Source: Octopus vulgaris (lineage: Eukaryota). Taken from it: a stretch of 64,000 bases of DNA. The position numbers were made by a program, and so were the translations under genes. The notes under the pieces were generated by a model. The model was not told the origin of the DNA, did not search any database, and saw only the letters and a program-made list of their open reading frames with translations. Of the stretch, positions 50,239 through 62,624 are shown in pieces. Every line of letters begins with the position of its first letter. Position 1 is the first letter of the stretch. Where the stretch lies: positions 3,658,001 through 3,722,000 of the forward strand of contig OX597839.1 of NCBI GenBank assembly GCA_951406725.2. Reading direction: 5' to 3'.

Positions 50239-50812
50239 TAGTTTTACAAGAAGCTGCATATTCTGTAATGGAGACAGAGAATAAAAAAGACAGTTGCTAC
50301 AGCATGGCCACAGTCAAATGACTGAAACAAGTAAAAGAGTAACTAAAATTGTTTACAGAAACTGCCAAACAACCGGCTGGAAATCTTGAGATGATAAATG
50401 AAACTATGCCATATCCAGTATCAATTTGCCTTGTGTCTCACATAGGAAGCTGTATATGCTATGATACAGACAGACATGCATACACAAATATATACACATC
50501 ATTATCATTTAACATCTGTTTTCCATACTGGCATGGGTTCGATGGCTTGACTAAGGACTGGCAAGCCAGGAGGCTGCATCAGGCTCCAATCTGATCTGGC
50601 AAGGTTTCTACAGCTGGATACCTTTCCTAACACCAGCCACTCCGAGAGTGTAATGAATGCTTCTTAAGTGCCACAGGCACAGGGGCCAGTCAGGCAGCGT
50701 TGGCATCGACCATGCACGAATAGAGCATTTTATGTGCCACTGGCATGGGAAGAAGTTATTGCAAATCATTACAAGCAATAAAAGAAAACAAACGAATTCA
50801 AAAACATTTGCC

Positions 50813-50818
50813 TTTATT
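50813..50818 (-). terminator. Candidate polyadenylation signal of the coiled-coil gene
   Basis: Minus-strand AATAAA followed by T/GT-rich cgtttgttttctttt. Confidence 0.35.
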
Positions 50819-51091
50819 AATACACCGCTTTGAAATTCATTGCCGTTTTTAATATAATTAAAACAAATTTTAATGGTAATGGTTGAGGGGGCAGATGGCA
50901 TGATGGTGATGGTAGTAGGGCTACAATTATAATTGTCATCTTTGAATGTCACCATTCCATCAGCTTTTATTCAGCAGTTATCCAGAAAGTAAAATTATTG
51001 TATGCGAGTAAGTATATAGTTTTTTTTAATGATAACAGTCATTGAACCACAGCCAAGGTGGTGCACCGCCTTTATAATATATATGTGTGTG

Positions 51092-51122
<31 letters not shown>

Positions 51123-51549
51123 GTTTGTGTGTGCATGTGTTTATGCATGTATACGATGTGTGTAAATGTATGTGTCTGTGTGCATATAAAATATTCATAG
51201 GCTGCTGATATTAAATAAAGTCTTAAATATTTATAGTATGCAAATCAGATATTCCACTCCTCTGAAGCCCCTGAATTAGTTGTGTAGATAGACAGATTGG
51301 CTGCTTACTTCTCTGGGATTGGTTAAGTGATGCAGACATCCCTGATGAGAACACAATAAGGTTGAAACATTGATAAGGCTGTTCAATCATATTGTTTCAG
51401 TCCACAGAGAGATGGTTGAATTTTCCATGTCCATATGTCTACTATGTAGATTTATACACACACACTCATGCATATATTATACTAATAATATATATTTATA
51501 TATTATACACATAATAAATATATATATCTATATATTATACACATAATAA

Positions 51550-51585
<36 letters not shown>

Positions 51586-52630
51586 GGCGTGGCTGTGTAG
51601 TAAGAAACTTGCTTCCCAACCACATGGTTCAGTCCCACTGCGTGGCACCTTTGTTCAACAAAAGGCGGTGCTCCAGCATGGCCGCAATCAAATAAAAGAA
51701 TATATGTATATATTTTTTTACTTATTCTAATGATTTGACTGCGACCATGCTAGAGCACTGTCATGAAGGGATTTTTTTAGTTGAAAAGATTGATCCCAGG
51801 AATTATTTTTAAAGCCTAGTATTTATTAGAATGGCCTCATATTTTGAACTATTAAGTTATGGGGACATAAACACACCAACACCAGTTGTCAAGTGATGAG
51901 GGGTGGGACACACACACAGATATATATATATATATATATATGACAAGCTTCTTTCAGTTTCCATCTAATAAATCCACTAACAAGGCTTTGGTCAGCCCAA
52001 GGCTAAAGTAGAAGACATTTGGGCAAGGTGCCATGCAATGGGACTGAACCTTAAACCATGTATTTAAGAAGCAAACTTCTTACCACAGAGCTATACCTCC
52101 AATTATATATACATACATATATACGTACACACACACACATATATATATACATACATATATACACACATACATATACACACGCATATATTTATATATATAT
52201 ATACACATACATATATATACATATTTGTATGTACATACATATAAATATATACAAATTTGTACATACATACATGTATATATATATATTTGTACATACATAC
52301 ATACATATTTGTATACACACACACACATATATTTGTATACACACACATATATATTTGTACATACATACATATATATTTGTATACACACACACACACACAC
52401 AAACATTTGTACATACATATATATATTGTAGTATGGCAAGCAGATCTGATTATATTTATGAAAGAAAAACTTCCATTTTGGGTTCCTCTATTTGTTTAAC
52501 TCTTTTTCTTGTATCTTTTTTTTTATTTTTAGATCTTTTCCAAATTTGCCACATTCATCCATTTATACAATAATTGCAGAAACTATTTAACTACCATAGC
52601 TTTTCGACGTACTCTGCCCATAAGTGTAAT

Positions 52631-52796
52631 CAGGGCCAGCCTTAAGGTTTCTGGCACCCCAGGCAAGCTGAAGTTCGGCGTGTACAAGCTAACAGTCATG
52701 GAAATTTCCTTGCCTTTGTCATGTCCTCCTTGACGCCCCCTAACACATTGTGCCCTGGGCAACTGCCCAAGTTGTGGGTACCTTGAGCCGGCCCTG
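52631..52796. mobile_element. hAT-superfamily MITE
   Basis: TIR CAGGGCC(A/G)GC..GCCGGCCCTG with perfect 8-bp TSD AGTGTAAT (52623-52630 / 52797-52804). Confidence 0.88.
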
Positions 52797-53416
52797 AGTG
52801 TAATAGCTGCTCTCTACTTACTAGGAAGCTTTTTACTATTTATAATGTTATAGAAGACTTACTCATCCAAAATTCAAAGATAATCCCATAACATATTATC
52901 GCCACCGTCATCATCATCATCATTGTTTTGATGTCTACTGTGTGATGTTTCCATGGCTCAGACATGATCCACTGAGATACATTTCTCTGGCTGCATTCCC
53001 TTCCTGTCATCAATCCTTCCCTGTTTCTGAGCGAGATAACATTTACCCCATCCTTGTCCGGACTGTGCAAATAAACATCATCACTTGTACGAATGGTGAT
53101 GCTTATTTACAATAATCATGCAACATCCAAACAAGGCATCCAAACACATATACACACGGGGCCACACGTATACATAGCTAAATGCATATATGTAGCATGC
53201 TTCTTTTCCTTCAGTTCCTATCAACCAAATTCATTCTCGGTGCATTCATGGGCCCAGAGGCTGTAGTGAGGAATGTTTGCCGAAGATGCCATTCAGTGGG
53301 AATGAACCTGACACCACACAGTTGTGAAGCAAACTGCTTAACCACACGACCATACTGCCACATATGATGTGTGTGTGTACGCATACAATATAAAAACATG
53401 TATATACGTATGTATT

Positions 53417-53491
<75 letters not shown>

Positions 53492-53498
53492 ATCTGTG

Positions 53499-53545
<47 letters not shown>

Positions 53546-53704
53546 ATCTGTGTATATATATATATATGTGTGTGTGTGTGTATGTATCTGTGTATATATA
53601 TATATGTGTGTGTGTGTGTATGTATCTGTGTATATATATGTATGTATTTGTATATGTATGTATTTGTGTATATATATATATATATGTATGTATTTGTATA
53701 TATA

Positions 53705-53761
<57 letters not shown>

Positions 53762-53979
53762 GAATGTATAATCAAGAGTGCAGAAACGATGTACTCCAAA
53801 GGAATTTAAAGGTAATGTAATCCAAGGGTAGAGCAAGAAAATCCATGAATCAGGTACTCCAAATCGGTCGGAAGGACGTAGAGGGTCTGTGTGAGCATAT
53901 AGTAAATAGTCAAATCATATACATATATATGTACAAATGTAAGTACATAAGTATATACATAAGTATGTATGTATGTATG

Positions 53980-54022
<43 letters not shown>

Positions 54023-54565
54023 TGAAAATGATTATAAGTTTTAAGCTTATAACTGCGCACATTGTGTTACTATAAGCTTAAGGCTTATAATAATTATTTT
54101 CACTGTTTCTTAGCTTAATGCATATGTACATATATATATATATATAAGGAAAATAAGACAAGGTAGAAAATGCTAAAATGATTTTATCATGGAGAACATT
54201 TTAGTACTGGTTTCAGTTTTCGTGACTTTTTCAACATGCAAAGACTGAAACCGGTACTAAAATTATTTTAGCATTTTCTACCTTGTCCTATTTTCCTTAT
54301 ATATATATATCAACTCATGTGTTACTTTTCAACCTTCTACATACACACATATATATATATATACATGTATATATATAAGTTCAGCAAAATTTAGATTCAA
54401 ATGAATACGGTACTTAAGTCAGATGCACCAGAATTTTGTACGGTATTATCCGTATAAATCCATGGGGTGATGATAATCAAAGTAAGCAACCGAAGATATA
54501 TATATATATATATATATAAATCCATGGGGTGATTATAATCAAAGTAGGCAACCGAAGATATATAT

Positions 54566-54605
<40 letters not shown>

Positions 54606-54834
54606 TACTCCTTCATTTGGAAGAATTTGGTTACAAATTGTATTCCCTTTTTCTATGAATTTGTATTTTTCTGTTGTTATTTGTTCTTTTAAATTCTGAG
54701 GAACAAAAAAAGTATGGTTTACATGCATAAACACACACTCTCTCTTCCACACACACAAACACACACACACACACATTTACTTAGAGACACATGGACACAC
54801 AGACATAGCTACCTGCATATTAGATACATATGGT

Positions 54835-55011
54835 TCATATATCATATTCGTCTTCCATCTGTTTCAGTTCTATTTGGCGTATGTGGCTGATATTTGTTTG
54901 GAAGGATGGTTTCGTGTCAGGCAATGTCCCTTTGTTTGAGTGAGACAGTGGCCTCTCAAAAATGGAATCAAACTCTAAAGATTTCGGACTTGTTAACTGG
55001 TGAGGGTATAT
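54835..55011 (-). CDS. Coiled-coil gene terminal exon (IYPHQLTSPK...EDEYDI*)
   Basis: Pyrimidine tract plus gatcag|, phase 0, TGA stop. Confidence 0.85.
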   Translation of the reverse strand: MYPHQLTSPKSLEFDSIFERPLSHSNKGTLPDTKPSFQTNISHIRQIELKQMEDEYDI

Positions 55012-55337
55012 CTGATCAAAACAGGAAAAACAAAAAACATATATATCATATAACAATAATATATAATAAAGAATACATGTAAAACAGAAAAGTATACACA
55101 CACACACATACATATATATATGTACATTTTTGACTATTCACACACTCCATCTGCCAACATTACAACTATTATGTAATTCTGAGCTTCCAGAAACAGCTGT
55201 TGGGTTTGAAATATCATGCCCTCTCTCCTTAGTTTTCTGTATTTCTTGTACTCTATGTAAATTTGTTCTGTAAATATATAAAATATCTAAATGCTTATAC
55301 ACGAATGTTCATCATTCAAATATTTTCAATTTTAGTT

Positions 55338-55368
<31 letters not shown>

Positions 55369-58300
55369 CCCTATATAATTAATAATATCAAAGGGTAATC
55401 TGAAATATTTGAAATTTCCATCACCAGTGGCCTAGTGTGTAAAAATTTAGTGATTAGACTATATATTATTCATATAAATCCATAGTACATTTAAACACAT
55501 AAGAGGCATCCATCATAGGACTCCTTGCACGCTAGAGAGAACAGCTAAATTCCAAACCACTATTAGGGATAAAAATTTCGAAGGGAATGAAAAATAAAAT
55601 GGTAAATTTTTATATCTTTCATTAGATTGTAAATGTGTTTCAATATATGGGAAATGTTTTTATTTTTCATTCCCTTCGAAATTTTATCCCTAATAGTGGT
55701 TTGGAATTTAACTGTTCTCTCTAGCATGCAAGGAGTCCTGTAATGGATGCCTCTTATGTGTTTAAATGTACACTGTATTTATATATCCTATATATATATA
55801 TTTGTATATATGCATGTATATTTGATACATACATCAAACACAAGAGTGTTTATTTGCATCCCTATCTCCATAGCAGCTCACCTGGATTCCTCTGTACTCT
55901 GTGAACTTAGTCCTCGATAAAAACTTTGGAGTGTGAGTTCAAATCATTGGACCACTACTACATGTTTTCTATACTGAGCATCTCTGAATCTCACCTGGCC
56001 ACATTACTCTGTAAGGAACTTAGGGCTGGTTTCTTGGTTTCTCTGGAGTATAATATCTACCTCCCTGGATGACACACAGGTCCATCATAGGATCTCTCAT
56101 TTTTGCCATAAAATGAAGTGTTTTGTTCAAGGACACAACATATCACTCGCTCCAGGAATTGAAACCACAATCTTACGATCATGAGTCCAATACCTATTTC
56201 TTTACTACCCGCAAGGGGCTAAACACAGAGAGGACAAACAAGGACAGACAAACGGATTAAGTCGATTATATTGACCCCAGTGCGTAATGGGTACTTAATT
56301 TATCGACCCCCGAAAGGATGAAAAGCAAAGTCGACCACGGCGGAATTTGAACTCAGAACATAACAGCAGATGAAATACCGCTAAGCGTTTCGCCCAGCTC
56401 GCCGCCTATTGAGTCCAATACCTTACCCACTAAGCCATGCACCTCCACATAAAGGTGGGAATAAGTACATATCCATCAGAGCAATACAACAGAAAATTAT
56501 TTACTTACCAAATTGTGATTGGCACGTTGTGATAGACTCTGCCTGTGATTGGCTGCAATTAGTTTCTCCTGGAGACGTTTGTTTTCTTCTTCGAGGAATT
56601 TTGACTGAACCTCTAGTCTCGACTGAGATCGAGTCAGCTCGCGGATGATCTCCACTTGTTCTCCACTTCTGTAGACAAACAACAGTTTAATGAAATATCT
56701 AAATGTGTAAAATTGTCAATGTAAATAGTAATTATTAGCATCAGTATAAGGCCACACATTAGGCACAAGCATGGCTATGTGGAAAGCAGTTAGCTTCCCA
56801 ACCATATGGAAGCGACAGAAATATTTTGACACAAATGAAATTTAAATGTTGAAGTGCATCTAACGGTTTTTGTGTGTTTTTAAATGGCTCATAAACACCT
56901 TCCATGCTGCAATTGTTTAAAAATTATTTACGGAGATGTTCTTGCAGAGCAAGTGACCTGATCTGAGATCGTGTGCTGAAACAAAAACTATTGCAGCATG
57001 GAAGGTGTTTATAAGCCATTTAAAAACACACAAAAACTATTAGATTCATTTGAACATGTAAATTTAATTTGCCAAAATATTTTCATCACTTTGAGACCAC
57101 AACCTGTTCACTGAGATGCAACATGGAATTTTGTCAATGAACAGGTCAGGGTCTCAAAGCGACGGAAATATTTTGACAAATCAAATTTAAATGTTGAAGT
57201 GCATCTAACGGTTTTTGTGTGTTTAATTTGCCAAAATATTTTCATCACTTTGAGACCACAACCTGTTCACTGAGATGCAACATGGAATTTTGTCAGTGAA
57301 CAGGTCACGGTCTGAAAGCGACGGAAATATTTTGACAAATTAAATTTAAACGTTGAAATGAATCTAACGGTTTTTGTGTGTTTTTAAATGGCTTATAAAC
57401 ACCTTCGATGCTGCAATTGTTTAAAAATAATTTATACGCAAAAAAATATATATATACACATTATATGAAATAATGTTCATGATTGCACATTCAATATAGT
57501 CATAGAAATTAAAAAGAAAAAAGCAAAAGCGGTTACAAATGACCTCTCGGTACTTCTAGTATTAAATAGGTACAATCTTGAGCCATAAAAATGAACATTT
57601 ATTACATAATGGTACCTTGTCAAATAGGTACAATTTGGAAGAACAACTTCTTAGTATCTTTATCATGTCTTACAAGCGTGCAATGGGTGACCTTACTTTG
57701 AGAAAAGCTCTCGGCGTTCACTGGCCAGTTTCTTGTAACTGGCTTCTCGCTCTTCACGCAGTTCATGCTCCTTGTTAAACATTGACCGAGTGACCAGCAA
57801 GTCCTCTCCCAGGTGGCGAAGTTGTTCCTTCATAAGCATCTTTTCCTGGTTGTGTAACTGCCTGCAATAAACAGAGACGTATTTAATGCAATCATCTTTT
57901 TATCTCTTACTAGTTTCAGCCACTCAACTGTGATCATGCTGAAACAATGATGACAATGATGATGATGATGATGACAATGACGATGACAATGACAATGACG
58001 ATGATGATGACGATGATGATCACAATGACGATGACAATGATGACGACGATGATGATGACAATGACGACGATGGTGATGATGATAATGACGATGACGATGA
58101 CAATGATGATGACAATGATGATGACAATGATGATGATGATGACAACAACTATGATGTTGATGACGACAATGACGATGATGATGACAATGATAATGACGAT
58201 GACGACTATGAGGAGGAGGAATAGTAGTAGTGGTAGTGGTAGTGGTGATGGTGGTAGTGGTGGTGGTGGTGGTGGTGGTGGTGGTGGTTGTAATGGTGGT

Positions 58301-61143
58301 GGTAGTGGCAATGGTTGTGGAAGATGGTAATGGGGCGAGTTGTATGCTGCTACTACTAATGGTGGCGATGAAAGCATAATGATGATGATCATGACAACAC
58401 CGATAACAACAACGATGATAGTGATGACAGCAATGAGAATAACGAAAGCAATGATGTTAGATAGTTACCTGGCTCTCAGGAATTTTGCACGGATTCGAAG
58501 CTTGCGATCTTCATATTTTCTTTGCAATATCTCCTGCCGTTCGTTGGCAGCAAACAGCGCCATCTTTAGATCGGTAACCTCTTTGTGCAACTGGTGGGTG
58601 TCGCTATTGGCACAGTTAATATCACACTGCAACAACAAGGGTAACACAGACATTAAGGTCTGCATCCATTACATTCAATATTTTCATACAAAATGATGAC
58701 AGGAGTGGCTGTGTGGTAAGTAGCTTGCTTACCAACCACATGGTTCCAGGTTCAGTCCCACTGCGTGGCATCTTGGGCAAGTGTTTTCTACTATAGCCTC
58801 GGGCCAACCAAAGCCTTGTGAGTGGATTTGGTAGACGGAAACTGAAAGAAGCCCGTTGTATATATGTATATATATATATATATGTGTGTGTGTTCGTGTG
58901 TCTGTGTTTGTTCCCCTAGCATTGTTTGACAACTGATGCTGGTGTGTTTACGTCCCCATCACTTAGCAGTTCGGCAAAAGAGACCGATAGAATAAGTACT
59001 GGGCTTACAAAGAATAAGTCCCGGGATAGATTTGCTTGACTAAAGGCGGTGCTCCAGCATGGCCGCAGTCAAATGACTGAAACAAGTAAAAGAGTAAAGA
59101 GTATACATTCAATTAAACAACATTGGTTAATTAATCATTGTCGTTATGTGTCATATGCTTTTGCAGTGCATTGACAACACTACAACAAAGTCATTGTTGT
59201 GGCTGATGACTGTGCCACCTGACTGGCACCTGTGCCGGTGACACATAAAAAGCACCACTCGAGTGTGGTCGATACCAGTGCCACCTGATTGACACCTGTG
59301 CCAGTAGCATGTGAAAAGCACCATTCAAGTGCGGTCACTGCCAGTACCACGTTACTGGCCCCCGTGCCAGTGACATGCAAAAAGCACCTACTACACTCTT
59401 GGAGTGGATGGCGTTAGGAAGGGCATCCAGCTGTAGAAACTTTGCCAGATCAGACTGGAGCCTGGTTGCAGCCTTCTGGCTTGCCAGCCCTCAGTCAAAC
59501 CGTCCAACCCATGCTACGGCATGTAAAAGCACCCACTACGCTCTTGGAGTGGTAGACGTTAGGAAGGGCATCCAGCTGCAGAAACTTCACCAGATCAGAC
59601 TGGAGCCTGGTTGCAGCCTTCTGGCTTGCCAGCCCTCAATCAAACTGTCCAACCCATGCTACGGCATGTAAAAGCACCCACTACGCTCTTGGAGTGGATG
59701 GCGTTAGGAAGGGCATCCAGCTGCAGAAACTTTGCCAGATCAGATTGGAGCCTGGCTGCAGCCTTCTGGCTTGCCAGCCCTCAGTCAAACTGTCCAACCC
59801 ATGCTACGGCATGTAAAAGCACCCACTACGCTCTTGGAGTGGTAGACGTTAGGAAGGGCATCCAGCTGCAGAAACTTCACCAGATCAGACTGGAGCCTGG
59901 TTGCAGCCTTCTGGCTTGCCAGCCCTCAGTCAAACTGTCCAACCCATGCTACGGCATGTAAAAGCACCCACTACGCTCTTGGAGTGGATGGCGTTAGGAA
60001 TGGAATCCAGCTGCAGAAACTTCGCCAGATCTGACTGGAGCCTGGTGCAGCCTTCTGGCTTGCCAGCCCTCAGTCAAACAGTCCAGCCCATGAGACGGCA
60101 TGTAAAAGCACCCACTACACTCTTAGTTAGTTAGTTAATTTTTTGGCTCAAAAAGCAAAAAGCAAGGCCGTGTAGGGGGACATGGAGTTATGTACAGGGT
60201 GGTGTTCATGTAAAGAGTTCAGGCCACTTGAGGTCAAGGGAGACTTTGAACCGAGCGGTCGTCAGCATCTTCACCATCTCGTCTGGCAGCTTATTCCACG
60301 GATCCGCAACCCGGACGGAGAAAGCCCCTCTCCTTTGATTGAGATGAAATCGTCGCAGATAGAGCTTTTCAGAATGACCCCGCAGCCGACGGAATGGATG
60401 GTGTTAGGAAGGGCATCCAGCTGTAGAAACTTCGCCAGATCAGATTGGAGCCCTCAGTCAAACCGTCCAACCCATGCTAGCATAGAAAGCAGACGTTAAA
60501 TGACGACGATGATGATGATTGTTGTTATTCTAAGTTTAACATTTGCATAAATGTTCCACTTACCTTATTATTATTGTTGCTCTGGTTACTGCCATTCTGC
60601 TGCCACGCATTATAAATCATTCCTTTCTGCATCTTTTGCATCTCTTGTTTCAACTGATTCTGATACTGCAACAGCTGCTTGCTGCACACACATGCAAATA
60701 TACGGACAATACACAGACACGTTAATACAGAGGAAGAAAACCAGTTGATATTTTTTTTCTTTAACTTGTTTCAGTCTTTTGACTGAGGCCGTGTTGGGGC
60801 ACAGCCTTCAAGAATTTTATAGACATATTCAATCAGTTTAAGCCTGGTTCTTATTATATCAATCTCTTTTGCCAAGCCGCTAAGTTACACAGATGTAAAC
60901 TCACCAACACAAGTTGTAAAGTGGTAGAAAGTGGAGATGCAAGGTGACATGCAGCGGGACTGAACCTGGAACCATGTGGTTGTGAAGCAAGCTTCTTACC
61001 ACATGCCTGTGCCTAGATATATATATATATATATATCACGTGACCGACCAGACCATCAGACGTTGTTACACATCGCTGGTCACAATGCGTTCGCATTGTT
61101 TTAGCCTTCGAATGACGCCACCACGCTGGCTAAGCGAGCAGGT

Positions 61144-61182
<39 letters not shown>

Positions 61183-61516
61183 TTATTAGAGACAAAACCA
61201 CTATTTTGCAAAACAAACAAGGAAAGACTTAATCAATACATAAAATTTTAATAAATAGTCAAAAAAACATATTACTTTCATAATTTGAAACTGACTTATT
61301 GGAAGTCCACCTGAAGATTGTCGATCAAGACAAGAAACAATTGTAGTGGCGGTTTTTTGACTATTTATTAAAATTTTATGTATTGATTAAGTCTTTCCTT
61401 GTTTGTTTTGCAAAATAGTGGTTTTGTCTCTAATAATATTTTATAATATTTTACTATAAAATTGGATTTAATCCTAAATCTGATTTTTTCCCTGTAAATT
61501 TGGATTTATTCCCTAA

Positions 61517-61547
<31 letters not shown>

Positions 61548-62588
61548 CTGTGTGTGCATCTTTGTGTCTGTGTTTGTCCCTCACCACTGCTTGACAACAG
61601 GTGTTAGTGTGTTCACATCCCCCGTAACTTAGTGGTTCGGCAAAAAGAGACTGACAGAATAAGTACCAAGCTTTAAAAATAAGTCCTGGGGCCAATTCAT
61701 TCAACTAAAAATTATTGAAGGCCCCAGCATGGCCACAATCTAATGACTGATACAAGTAAAAGACAAAACATATCTGGAATGTGTATGGATTACTTTCAAC
61801 TCTATAAATCTTACTTTTTGATTTTTTCTTCTTCTAGTCGCTGTTTGTACAGTTTCATTTCCTTTCCAGCTCTGACGAGAATGGTCTTTACTTTCCTCAA
61901 GTCTTCCAGTTTGTCCTCTTTACCATTTAATTGTGGGACCAAGCTCTGCACTTCATCTTCATATTGGTCACACTAGAAACATGAGCAAACACACATTAAA
62001 ATGGAAAGATTAAATCTTGCACCAAAGGAGCTGTTGCTGTTGCTGTTTAGATAGAACCAGGTCAACCTTAAAAAAACACACATTTCCTTCATCCTTTTGT
62101 TACCATATATATAAGGTTGTCCCAAAAGTTCGTAGAAAGTCTTGGAAAATAATGGTCTTTATTTTGAGGAATAATTTTTGTTGTTTTTGTTAGTACTTGG
62201 CGAGTAAAAATTCAATTTTCGCAAGTGTTTACGAACTTTTGGGACAACCTAATATATATATATAATTATTTGAGGGAATATTATTCCTAACTTACAGGGA
62301 AAAATTCAATTTAGAAATACTAAATCAAATTTCGCAAAATATAATATATATATATAAAAATTAGAAAAAACCCACCTTTTATCAATTCAAAATGAACAAT
62401 AAAATTATACGATCTAGAAAATTACATATAATAGAAATATTAAAAATAAAATAACAATAATCTACTGATGATTAAGTAAATAGCAAAATAATAATAAAAA
62501 TGTATATACCAAATATATACGTTTTTATTATTATTTTGCAATTTACTTAATCATCGCTATATTATTGTTATTTTATTTTTAATATTTC

Positions 62589-62624
<36 letters not shown>

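Noticed and set aside
59380-60122. CRISPR-like regular arrays (also 994-1757 and 39384-40387)
   Set aside because: Whole units repeat with no unique spacers, the context is eukaryotic, no cas genes are present, and units derive from SINEs/MITEs.
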